Source of the DNA: Negaprion brevirostris
Taxonomy: Eukaryota
Length of the DNA: 64,000 bases
NCBI GenBank assembly: GCA_030324005.1
Contig: JARDVH010000073.1
Coordinates: forward strand, 105,321,686-105,385,685
Direction of reading: 5' to 3'
Shown here: piece by piece, positions 1-12,900 of the stretch
Layout of the letters: each line of letters starts with the position of its first letter
Numbering within the stretch: the first letter of the stretch is position 1
Translations under genes and position numbers: made by a program
Notes under the pieces: model-generated
Told to the model about the DNA's origin: nothing
Database searches by the model: none
The model's input: only the letters and a program-made list of their open reading frames with translations

Positions 1-204
1 TGCTCTCCATGAGCAAATATCTCCTCCAAAATCTGCGATGCAATCTTACTTCATCTTTTATTAATCCCTTGCTGTTTCGATTTATTTATTGCTATCTACT
101 GGTGCTTAGAGTGAAAATATAACTGAAGCAGTCAATTAAAGGGAAAGAGCATAATTACTGTTTATCTTTTTACCTGATGTTTGTTGTTTTGAGTGCTGCC
201 AGTC

Positions 205-519
205 GAATCATAGAATTCCTACTGTGCAGAAGGAGGCCTTTCGGCTCATCGAGCCTGCGTTGACAACAATCCCGCTCAGGCATTATCCCTGTTACTCCAC
301 ATATTTACCTTAATCCCCCTGACACTTAAGGGGCTTTCAACCTGGCCAATCAACCTAACCCGCACATCTTTGGAGTATGGGAGGAAACCAGAGGAAACCC
401 ACGCAGACACGGAGAGAACATGTAGACTCCGCACAGACAGTCACCCAAGGCTCGAATTGATCCCAGATCCCCAGTACAATGAGATAGCAGTGCTCAGCAC
501 TGTGTCACTGTGCTGCCAC
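205..519 (-). mobile_element. HE1-type V-SINE (tRNA head, V domain, CR1/HER1-like tail)
   Basis: reverse complement shows a tRNA-like head, the V-domain core GTCTGCGTGGGTTTCCTC and an ATTCTATGATTC tail. Confidence 0.8.
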
Positions 520-3500
520 CATTTAGCAGAGATTACATCAGATGGAAGCTGACGTTGTTTCTGCAGTCATCAAAAGCACAGGTGTTTGAGCCACTGCTGC
601 CTTTATTGTGGACTGCTAACTGTCCTTCGAGGCATATCAAGTGCTCATTGTGCTGACTGTGACAGTCCAACCTGCCAGTTGACCCACAAATTTGTAACCA
701 CGTATGATCTGTCAGTTCTGAATTATGGTGGCGACAACAGACAAATGAGTCCAAGATTTTTGCTTGTGCAAAAATTCCAGTCGAGTTGAAAGATATGAAA
801 GTCACATCTGCAGTTCTTGAAATGGCTGATTAGTCTTGTCTGAATAGACATGAGTAAAGAATTTGTCAGTCATTCAAAAGTCTGCCCAACGCAGTAATTT
901 ATGCAAGTGATTTTGTGGTGCTTATTGGCTAGCCAAACAGCTATCTGTTTCCCAAGTGTGTCATTTGAAGAAAGTTACAGAAGCAGTATATAATTTGAAT
1001 CTTGAAATATTTTAATCATAAAAATTCTGGGTAGTGGTTAAAATTAAAATACAGATTACCTATTGAAAAATCTAATAGTAGATTTTGTCCAGATTGAAAT
1101 TGCACCAAAAGAAGTAATAACCAAAAGTGGCTTCCAAACCCCACATTTTATAGATGTTCTTGATGGTTTTGCAATTTTGAGATTGGCGCTTCTATTGAAA
1201 TCAGGCAGGGAATTGTTACTGTCAGGAAGCAAGACTAAGCTTTCTTTAATTTGTAATCTTAATTGTTTAAAAAAAAAATCAGACACGAGGAGGAAATTCT
1301 CTCCATTTGGCTGATGGCAGAAATGCATTACTTAGAAAAATTTCTCATGAAGAAACAAGGTTTAGCAAATTCATTGTGCCACAAATTAGGGGTGAGGAAT
1401 TTTACACTTTAGTGAGCTGAAAACTAAAGCAGCTCAGTGGCTGTGTGTAAAATCACCTGTTTTTTTCTCTTTTTCCTCCTCTTATTCCATACTCAGATTT
1501 TTCCTATGGCTGTTAAATTCACTGAGATACTTTTCCTCCCAGCAAGCCTCCTTGGGGCCCCATTGCTATTCAGTTCCTCTCTGCCTCACTGAGATCCCCT
1601 TATATGCTTTCCTCAGAAATCCCCTCTTTCACTGAAAGCCTCCCTCCCTCCCTNNNNNNNNNNNNNNNNNNNNNNNNNNNNNNNNNNNNNNNNNNNNNNN
1701 NNNNNNNNNNNNNNNNNNNNNNNNNNNNNNNNNNNNNNNNNNNNNNNNNNNNNNNNNNNNNNNNNNNNNNNNNNNNNNNNNNNNNNNNNNNNNNNNNNNN
1801 NNNNNNNNNNNNNNNNNNNNNNNNNNNNNNNNNNNNNNNNNNNNNNNNNNNNNNNNNNNNNNNNNNNNNNNNNNNNNNNNNNNNNNNNNNNNNNNNNNNN
1901 NNNNNNNNNNNNNNNNNNNNNNNNNNNNNNNNNNNNNNNNNNNNNNNNNNNNNNNNNNNNNNNNNNNNNNNNNNNNNNNNNNNNNNNNNNNNNNNNNNNN
2001 NNNNNNNNNNNNNNNNNNNNNNNNNNNNNNNNNNNNNNNNNNNNNNNNNNNNNNNNNNNNNNNNNNNNNNNNNNNNNNNNNNNNNNNNNNNNNNNNNNNN
2101 NNNNNNNNNNNNNNNNNNNNNNNNNNNNNNNNNNTTCTGTGATTATTGCACAATTGCCTGTTAATTTTGATCTGTATTATGCAGTCTGGAATAATAAATC
2201 ACCTAATCTACTCTATACTGACTTGCGCTTGCTTCTCCTTATTTCTGATTCTAAGGCCACTAATGAATTTCCATTGACTTAATACAGAACGGCCTTAATT
2301 CCGATGTTACAGACGCAAACCTGATTTACGCTAGTAACACAGTAGGGAAGGAAATCTCCATACTTCTTTGTTGACAAGAGTAGAAATTGAAGAATTGTAG
2401 TTCGACCGCCATGCTGTTCTTACGTCCTAGCTCATTTTATTATGCTTCCGTATTGTGAAATAATGTCAACCACACTCCGGTTTATGTTTGTTCTGCACTT
2501 AGCTTTTCCTGTGGTTTATGAATTAGTATTTACTTTGGGTTAAGAATTAGTTTTTGCTCTGGCTTATGAATTAGTTGGTCTGTTATAATTTTTCCAAGGT
2601 AATTTTGTGGTTCCAGCTATTATTAGGGCCAATTTCATTGGGTATCTGTCCTTGTTAAAGTGTCTCCTATTAGATGACAAAGCCCTCTCGTTAGGTAGAA
2701 GCCGATGTGCATGTAACCTTGCCCTCCTTTTCGACCAAAAAACTCTGAATTTTGTTTGCTGATCAGCTTATTTCTGCTCATAATGATTTTGAGTATACTT
2801 GGCACCAATAAACTTAAACTTGCTTATTCATCCAGATTGTACTAAATGATTGAATCCATCCACAGAGGCTGTAAATTTGTATGTCAGCTCCAACAAATGC
2901 AGTGTTGTTTTTGTTAATTTTCCTTGAATTAAGGATAACAAAAGCAGTTGGTATGTCTCAACAGACAGGAAATCGCACGTGATGGATTCATTTTTCTTCT
3001 TGCGTGCAATGGGCAAAATCCCCAAATTGCTATTTCCAAAAATACTGCATGTAGCAATGCATTATCATATTGCTGAGATTTATTATAAACAATATTTTGT
3101 GCATTATTTACCAAACTGTTGCTGGATTGTGAAACCACGTAGCTATTATCGAAGGGGATGTATCTCAATTGGGGAAATATTTTTAGATGCTGTACTGTGC
3201 TGTTTCAAGGTGGCATGCCCACGTCTAATGTGGGTACAGGTGTTTAATATATTGTTATATTTACACCAGCATACATAGTATGCTTCTTTATCCCTTTTTC
3301 TTCTTCCCCTTCTATCTACCCACTCCCTATCACCCCATGCCAGCATTATCAAATCTGTTTGGCACTGTTACAGCTTCTTCTCTTCAATTTGTGATCATTT
3401 TCTCTGTTTTGGAGCCATCATACATGTTTGGCTGCCAACCCTCTCTTACAGAACACTCTAGAGATTCCTTTATTTCTTATAAGGCTATCCTTCAGTATGT

Positions 3501-3871
3501 TTTGAGGAGTAGATTTTGAAACTTGCCTGGGGTAATTAACACATTTTGATTAGTAAACCATTAAGTATCTTTAGGCTACAAATTACAGTTGGTGATGCTA
3601 GTAAATATATACTTGGTCCATTAATTTGACATTCCTAATGATGCAATCTGACAAAGGTATTAGATGATTTAAAATAAGTGTGTTAATGTAAACAAAGGAA
3701 TGTCTTAAGGGTGTGCAGAGCTTTCATCCCCTAGTATAATTAATAGCAATTTCTAACATCATAAAAATAAAGCCAGATGGGAACCTACTGATTGGGATGT
3801 TCTCATTGCAAATGTTGGTATTTGAGTTGAAAGTTTTTAATTGTTATTGTTCACTCTATTGATTCCTGCAG

Positions 3872-3985
3872 TTGTTGAAAGCCCTCAAACAAAAGCTTCA
3901 TGAGAAGGTGGAGGTACTATTGGGAAGGACACAAGTTGTGGATGTGCTGCAGAAAGAGCTTGATGGGAGAGATCAACAGATACAG
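3872..3985 (+). CDS. GOLGB1: giantin-like exon A ([38 protein letters not shown]), phase 0-0
   Basis: ctgcag|TTG acceptor and CAG|gtgagg donor; 114 nt open; resembles human LVGRAQVVDLLQQEL. Confidence 0.88.
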
Positions 3986-6900
3986 GTGAGGAAAGAATTG
4001 CTTGATGCTTTGTAAATTGATGGTAAAAGAAAGATCTCTGCGATTGACTAGCTGACGGATTTTCTTTCAGCCTGTGGTAATATAATTTAAAGTGACAGAT
4101 AACATTTGTGGATCTTCCAATGTAATACTATAAAGTCTTGTTTGTGCAACACTCCCTGTTACCACACTTTATTTCCTGTTTTCACTTTTGTTTGTTAAAC
4201 TTTAACATCAAAGTGCCAATGTAATCAGTTATAATGAGAATTTCTAATGTAAACGGGTCCTGGTGGCGCTGTAATTCCAGATTATAGTCACTTATAGGCA
4301 CTGTAGATCAATGTTCTGTACTACCATGTTTTTGTAACACCTCAGCAACAACTCCACATAGCATTTACTAGTACATACCAAAAATATACTTAGGAGGTAA
4401 CAGATTCGCAATCCTTTGTATTTAAAAAAAAATCACTTACGGGATGTGGACTTGGCTGGCTAGACCTGCATTTATTGCACATCCCTAGTTGCCCTTGAGA
4501 AGGTGGAGGTGAGCTGCCTTCTTGTACCACTGCAGTCCCTGAGGTGTAGATACACCCACAGTGCTGTTCGGGAATGAGTTACAGGATTTTAACCCAGTGA
4601 CGGTGAAGTATAATGATATATTTCCAAGTCGGCATGGTGAGTGACTTGGAGGGGAACCTCCAGTTTTGTGATATTCCCAGGTATCTGTTACTCTTGTTCT
4701 TTTAGTAGCGGATGTTGCTCTGCACTTTCCTATCAACTGTTGTAGGTTCTCATTTGTTCTTTTAGTTCTTGTTTAATTTCATACGCTTTATATTGTTACA
4801 AAGGAGGACAGTTTTTCTACATTTATACTTAAGGTTTATAAAGGTCATTTTGGTTTGCTCTTTTCATTGAAGGGAAGTATGTGATTTTGAAATTTTCAGG
4901 AGATGATGGAAAAATTGAGGATTCTTCAGTTAGAAAAAGACAATCTTGAGGCTAAGCTTGATGCTGAAAAGCATGTGATGAGAGCCCAGGTAAGAGATCT
5001 GATGGAAAGACATGANNNNNNNNNNAGGCGGACTTGAAAAATATGAAAGAGAAACACAACATTCAGTTGCGGGCTATTGAAGAGAAACACGAAGCTGAAC
5101 TGACTGAGAAGGAACAGCACCAATTAAAACTTCAGAAACAATTGCAAGATTTACAAGCCCGTGATGGTTCTGTAGCACTAGAGACAACTGCTACTGTAGA
5201 TAATTCTACTGAACAGAGGATTAAAGAATTGGAAGGTAATTGCTCAAGCTTTATTGCTTTATTGATGTGCAAGTGTTGGTCCACTCTATACAGGATTTCT
5301 TCATGACACCCAAATAGATGGTAATTTGAGATGATCAGTATTAGCTTACTTTTATTACACATTTCAGTTCTATCACCTAATAACCAAACAAAAAGGCAGA
5401 TTACCTAGTCATTGCTCTTTATTGGACCTTTGTACAAATTAAATATTTAAGGTAATTAACCACAGTCCACAAGGGATTAAGGGAGATCTCTCTTGTGAGA
5501 AAGAAACAAGTGGTTATATTGCTAGTGAGGCACCACACTCCATCAAGGATGGGGAAAAGCAAGAAGCAGGCTTCCATGAACTTTCACAGTTGATTCGGGG
5601 GTTGTATCTATGCCATTGGCTTCATTCTGGATCACACTCTAGCCATCTAGTCAACTGAGTTAGTTAATCTCCACCTGATGCAAATTGACTGCCATATTTC
5701 CTGCATTCTATCACTGCATCATGTATTTTACAAAAATACTTGAGCTATATAAATTCTAGTCTTTCTTTCAGAAAGTTATTCAGGACTGACATTATTTTTT
5801 CCCCACTCAGAGGGCTGTGAATTATTGGAATTCTCAAGCCGAGAAGGTTATGGATAATCAGCCATTGAAGGATAAGATTGATCATTTTTTGAAATCAAGG
5901 GTTATGAATTTCGGACAGGAAAGTGAAATTGAACTTGAAGTTCAGCAATAGCTGAACAGACTGATGGGACTCTTGCTCCTGTTTCTAATGTTCTTGTGTC
6001 CTGGTCAGATCCTTTGATCAATAGACAGTGAAGTTTAGAGAACCCATGGAAAAAATAAACCCAGTAGAATTTAGTTCCTGTTACAATTATTGCTTTCACC
6101 TGTAGATATCATTGAAATGATCCAATAGTGAAGGTAGTCACCTGGGAGGTTGGGTGATTAATTTCTTTGTTGAACTTGGTGAATTATCAATTGACTTTTT
6201 TTTGGTAAAACTCCCTGACTGACATCATGAAGGAATTTAGGGGGCCCCTTCCATTCGTGGTGTCCTAACGGGGAGAGTGGTACTCAGTTGTTTCTTTATA
6301 AATTGCCACTAACCAGGAAGTGTTAATTCATCCAGACCACACCACAACTGAGACACTTCAATAATTCTGCAGACATCTTATTTTATATTACTTGAGTTTG
6401 AACAATAGTAAGGGGAAAATAATACAAGGGGTGAGAAACTGTAACGACGAAAGGAGATTGTGGGACAATACTGGGACTATGTTCTCTGTAACAGACAAGG
6501 CTTAAGAGGATATTTAATAGGGGTATTTAAAATAATAAAAGGCTTTGATAGAACAAATAGGGAATGACCATTTTCTCTCGAAATTAAGGAACAAAGGATC
6601 TTTAATTAAAAATATAATAGATGTTAAGAGACATTTTTTGCAGAAAGTTGTTGAAGTTGGAAAGCTTTGCCACTGGAGAAGTTGAAGCAGAGAGAGTTCC
6701 ATCTTTTACAGTAAAATTGGTAAATATTTGAATTAGACGAAGATATTGACTTGGGAAGAGAGTATGTTAGCCATAGTTTCGAATTATTCTAGCTGTGAGC
6801 CAGCTATGATGGATCAAATTCCTGCCTTTGGCTCTGTAAACTCTTATAGCTGTGAAGCACAATTTCTGTTTTGGATACAGGCATGAAATTAGAGATGTGG

Positions 6901-9900
6901 CAGTATCATGACTTCATTTTCCAATGTATGCATTTAATATGATAAATGTAAAGTTACCATTGTCATAAGATTGTTGATTACACCTATCAGTGTTTGCTTT
7001 TTAATTTTCACTTAGAGCTTGTCTATTTTGTATTGTCACTTGATTAGTATTTTTCAGTCATTTTTATCAATCATTTTATAGCCTGATTGCCCTTTAAAAT
7101 ATCATAATCTCTTGTGGGCCCTGCAGTTGATTGGTAACATAATGAATGATTAGATCTGGGTTTATTCACCCTGGCAAATAAAGCAGAATGTTTTCATGCA
7201 AGTAGCATCTCTGATGCTAGTAACTAATGCATTACTCCTTGTGAATTAACATTGCAAATGACAATGAAACTAAAGATGGGTAAAAACTCTAAGGATAACC
7301 ACATTAAATAAATAAAATAAGGTAACAAAGCTAGAACCAATTCATTCCTTTATGGATTCTGAGTTATATGAGGTTAAATTAATAACAGTGCACACCACTG
7401 TAATGTAGTCATGTCCTGACAAGATTGTACCCATTTAAACTTGTGTTACAATTCATTGTAGCATGACAGAATGATAATGTTGAACATATAAGAGGCAAGA
7501 AGGGAAAAATAACACATCATATAAACACATTACTCATGGCACAGTATTGTATTTTCAACAATTATAGTAAAGTCTTGATGGAAAAAACATAAAAACTGCA
7601 ATGACGCTACTAGCTTTCTATTATTTACAACAAAACATGGTAAAAATCTGCTTATGTTTATATTAGAAGAATCGTAATTCTTTGCTGCTGAGTTAAATGG
7701 TAATTTGAATTGTTCCGATGATTGTTAAAGATGTGTAATTAATATGTGTATTTTCATCCTTTTTATAGGACAACTGAAACTTAAAACGGAAGAGGCTGCT
7801 AAATCAGAGGCTAAATTCCTAAAAATGAAAGCTTGGTCCAAATCCAGAATCAGGCAGGCCGAAGAAGATCTCAGGAATGCAGTGGTATGTGTAAATCTTG
7901 ACTTCTGATATCTGGTGACTGCCTGTAAAAAGGCCTGTCTTTCTTTTATTGAAATGGGATTAAAATGCTAGGACCAAAGCCTCGAAATAGAAATGGGGTT
8001 GTTGTGATGGTACCTTTTTGTTTCATGAATGATTAAAACCTTCTTTCTTGCATTGGGTGTCTTGAGAGCTTTTTCACTGTGATGACTGTGCATAGCGAGT
8101 CTTGTGTCTTAGATCAACTATGTGAAGGGGTATTGAGTGATGGACGGCAGACCTGAATTTCAGTGTACAGTTTTTGCATCAAATGAAGAATGTGTGCACA
8201 ATACCAACAAGCCACTCAAGCCAACAAAATGATGCCACCTATTCACATGAGCAAAGTACCACTTAATCTCTGTCTAACCCCATTGGCATAACCTTTCAAT
8301 CCTGTCTCTTTGTGTTCATCTGCTATCTCTCTAACTGTGTCAAATTCACCATTTTACTGCAGAATTGCAGGTACTGACAGATGCAGTGCTAATCTTTCCT
8401 AACCAGGAATTGACATGAACATGCAGCAGGAACTGAATTACAGAATGAAAATGTGAAGTAGAAAGCACGTGTCACAATAACTGCAGAATATTCTGATTCC
8501 ATTTTAATATGCATTGACATTTATATTATCCATATTAGTAAATCCTTTGCTTCAATTTAAATTTTCTCTTTCACTTAGAGTGGAACTTCTCACCAAGAGC
8601 AACTTGCCCTCAAAAGCCGAGTTGCTGAACTGGAGGAGGAAAAAGGGGAATTGGAACAAAGAACAAATGATCTTGAAAAGCTCAGGGCACAAAATGGTAT
8701 GTGCAGCAATTGGTTTTGATTATTTTCTGTCCTTCTGTCGTTGTTATTGAGTGATGCTGCATTTTTCTTTCAGAGGCGCTTCTGGCAAAATTAGAACTGT
8801 ATGAAGAACAACAACAGAAAATGCAAGCAGATCTGGAACAAGTGACCAAACGGGCAACTTCCCAGGTTGGCAGACTTCTTTGTGTCGTATATAATTTATC
8901 CATGTGCAGTTTTACAATCTTATGATACAGATTTTGTACAATCTGAGCAGCCTCAAACTGTCAATGGATTTTTTGAATTGATGAGTTTTGTTTTCTTGTT
9001 GCTTATTTTAGATGTTTTAAAAATGGGGCATATGGCTAAGTTTGTTCTTTGGATTTTTTTTTGTTCCTTGTGCCTACCTGACTTGGTATCTGCAGTTAAG
9101 GTGGGCACTGTGCTTCCATGAAAGACTGCTTTGGTGTACATTATCAAACACATTTGTCTGCTTAATATTGGGTTGAGTAGTATTGGAAACAACAGAGCNN
9201 NNNNNNNNNNNNNNNNNNNNNNNNNNNNNNNNNNNNNNNNNNNNNNNNNNNNNNNNNNNNNNNNNNNNNNNNNNNNNNNNNNNNNNNNNNNNNNNNNNNN
9301 NNNNNNNNNNNNNNNNNNNNNNNNNNNNNNNNNNNNNNNNNNNNNNNNNNNNNNNNNNNNNNNNNNNNNNNNNNNNNNNNNNNNNNNNNNNNNNNNNNNN
9401 NNNNNNNNNNNNNNNNNNNNNNNNNNNNNNNNNNNNNNNNNNNNNNNNNNNNNNNNNNNNNNNNNNNNNNNNNNNNNNNNNNNNNNNNNNNNNNNNNNNN
9501 NNNNNNNNNNNNNNNNNNNNNNNNNNNNNNNNNNNNNNNNNNNNNNNNNNNNNNNNNNNNNNNNNNNNNNNNNNNNNNNNNNNNNNNNNNNNNNNNNNNN
9601 NNNNNNNNNNNNNNNNNNNNNNNNNNNNNNNNNNNNNNNNNNNNNNNNNNNNNNNNNNNNNNNNNNNNNATGGTGGGGGTTCATACAATTCCACAGTTGG
9701 ACTTACTGCTGCCCTACTGCCTGCCCCAATCTGTTAATTATATTGTTAGTATTCATAGGTGAATGGCATTGTTTACTTAAGTACTTTGTGTGTAGACAAA
9801 GGACATAATTGGTTTAACCAGAATATTATTAATAGTGGAGAGCTCAGTGTGGGAAGAGCTATGAAACCAAACAAAATCTACAAACCCTCAGTAAGGAAAA

Positions 9901-12900
9901 ATTTTCCGTCTTGGTTCTGACTTCATGAACTGGTTTGGTTCTTTGGTAGCAGAAGATGGCTGGGCTAAAGGTGAAGGGTGGAAACTAAGCCTTATTTTCA
10001 GGCAGAAGATTGTAATTGGAGTTACTCTGGAGAAGAATAGCTCAAAGAGTAAAGTATCAGCGTATGATTTTCCAGCATTGTTCTGTGAAGCTGAACTGTG
10101 TGACCAGTGGAAGAATGAAGTGGATACACAGACACGGGTTATCTTGTAACCAAATAAAAAGCAAGATATGGTCCTGGCACTTTCCATTTTGGAGCCAGAG
10201 GCTCATCAATTCAGCATTGGGAAGGATTTGGATAAACATAAAATTTATGGACAAAATTTATAAGACATACATATGAGTCATGGTCAGACGTTGACAAATT
10301 TAGGAAGTTGGTTGGCTATTTCATAGAAGAATATAGTGTGAAATTTAGCAGGTTATACACAGGATTGTCGAAAATCTATTCATTGCTTACTTTCAAAATG
10401 TTATGCTAAAGTGTTGAATGTGAATAGGCTTCTGATGTTGATTAGAGTTATTCTCAGAATGAGATACACCCGTCCCAAAAGCATCTGCAACTTTAAAAAC
10501 ATTTTTGGGGAAATGTTAATTTTCAGTCACTTTCATGGCACCATGAATTACCCTTCAGCATAAATCAAAAGATGGAGGATTCAATGTTGGCAGCATTTTC
10601 AGAGCGTTTATAGATGAAACACAAGTGTCAGTGTGAAAGAAGAATGAACAAAATGAAGATAGAGCCCCTTCTGCTAGCTCTAACAAACAACAGGAATTGG
10701 ATAACCAAAGCAGGAGAGCGAACCCCAGAAATATTGGAGAAATGGTCGCAGGTTTCAGATGTGACTCAAAGTTATTGTGCAGTGGATTGCCTGAAATAAA
10801 ATAACCGAATTTTTGAAATGGAGGGTTTGGGCATAGAAGTTGATGATCAGTCAGAAGTAATTGGTCACCAGTTACGTGGTACTGGATGTTCTCATTGCCG
10901 ACTCCTTCTGTTATGCTGTATTAGACAGTGGGTGCATGTCCAAAGTGTGTGGAGTGGATTGATTAAAATGTCTGGATTGTCTAAAACCGTATTAAAGTTA
11001 TAGTAAAGTTTATTTACTTGACATCTACAGATGATTTGTATTAAACTCACTAAAGAGAGTGGTGAGTGCATGTAAAATAGCCAGGGTAAACCATTTTATC
11101 AACATAGATGTACTATCCAGTGAAATACCCTGCCTGTGAGCTATCTATGAAAAAAGTTCAGATGAAATTTGATACGGAAAATGATAAGGCTATTTTGTTT
11201 TTGAAAAATCTGTAGATTTAGAGTTTGCACAAACAGAACATCATTGTATCCCCCTAACATTCCTAATCAACATATTAAAGAAGTGCTGATGACATCAGGG
11301 TTTTGACTTCACCAGCTGGCTTGGATCCTGTGAACACTGATCTGGAATTTTGCAAGTTGATCTGGCCTGGCCATGCCCCAATTCTGGCCCATTAAATAAC
11401 CAATTATTAGTGACTTAAGTTTCCTACCCAGTTGCAATTTTGAGAATGGCATGAAGACTTCAGCAACAGGGGTGAAATTCGGCTGGTCACCCTGCTTGGC
11501 CTTGTATGGGAAGGGTGGGATACCTCCCTCAAGGTTCCCAGTTTTACATCAGGTCCTTGGCACCACCTTACTCCCAAGGTTCTCTCTCCAGGCTATTCAA
11601 GACAAAGGAACACTGAAAGGAGCGTTGGAAAACCTGAGGGCCAATCCTTGCTGCGAACAGCTGAGGGAGAACATTGTTTGAAAAAAAATTCTAAGGTGTG
11701 TCTGTTTGAGAGAGGAGTTTGGAAACACTTGGGTGGATGCTGGAATCCAGTGAGATCAGTTTGCTCACAGTGTAATAGTCATCTGGGGGGAGCAGGGCAG
11801 AATTTGAGGAGAAATCCCAAGGAAGACCAATTCAGTGGCATTCGCCACTTGGTTTCAGAGTGGATTGTTGTCTCACCATAGGTAGCCTGTTGGGTTACAG
11901 GGACTGTGTGTTTATTGAAAATTTTCTAGTTTAAGATACATTTTGTTATCTATATTCTTAAAATTGTTTACATTTGTGACGATAAGTAGGAGTGAAGGCG
12001 TATCATACTGTAATCAAACTTTTAATGTTGAATAATTTTGTTTTTGGCGTTAAAAGCTAATTGGCAGTCCTGTGACTCTATTCATCCACTTTCTCTAAAC
12101 AAATTGTAAGTTACAGTCTTTTGAACCAGGGTTTGATTCTGGGAGTAGTAATGCCAACTGGGAACATAACACCACTATTAAAACTCCCACACTGACATGG
12201 TCCTGGACTCTACAGCATTGAATCTGGGGACTGCTTGTAGTCCTGTTCTTGGTCATTGCTGCGACTGAGGCTGCTGGGGCTACAGAGCTACTTGCCAATC
12301 AGATTGACTGCCACCTGTGTGAGGAGTGGAAGTACTGTCTCCAGCTAATAAATATTCTGTAGGATGAACTGGTGATGGGGCTGCTCTCTGATCAGTGGGG
12401 ATCAGTTCACTGCTGACTTTTTGGTGGTGGGGTGAGAAATTCCGCCATCTGAAAATCCTGTCTATCCGGCATTACGCTATCCAAAAATTACTGAATATTC
12501 ACTCGTTGCATAATTTTCAACAGCGAATAATTGAGGACCGGATACTTTATGAATGAACTCACTTTGGAAAAGAAAGTAATTTTACAGTTATATGTGACAG
12601 CACTTGAAGGAAGAGGCCATTCGCTTCATCAAAGCAGTGCCAGTTTTGCTGTATCACTTTGAGTCTTTGATCTATTTGACGCACCGTTGACCAAATATAG
12701 TTGAGATGCAAATGGGCACAATTACCGCTGCTTTACCTAATGGCCACATGTTCTCAATATAATGACATTCACAAGAAGAATGTGTAATTATCCAATTAGA
12801 CTTCTGGCTGACTGCACATTTATGTAACGTCCCTGTAGACAAGTGAATCTGGCAGTGCTGAAGAGCTGCAGAGTCGTTTGCTTGAGTGGCAAGAAATGGT

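Noticed and set aside
1604-2164. Long ORFs full of X (also near 9.2, 17.3, 20.2, 48.6, 52.9, 61.5 and 62.1 kb)
   Set aside because: Artefacts of translating through N gaps.
11640-12171. Possible gypsy-type solo LTR ending ...GGAACATAACA
   Set aside because: The 3' end looks LTR-like, but I could not define a 5' TG boundary or a TSD.
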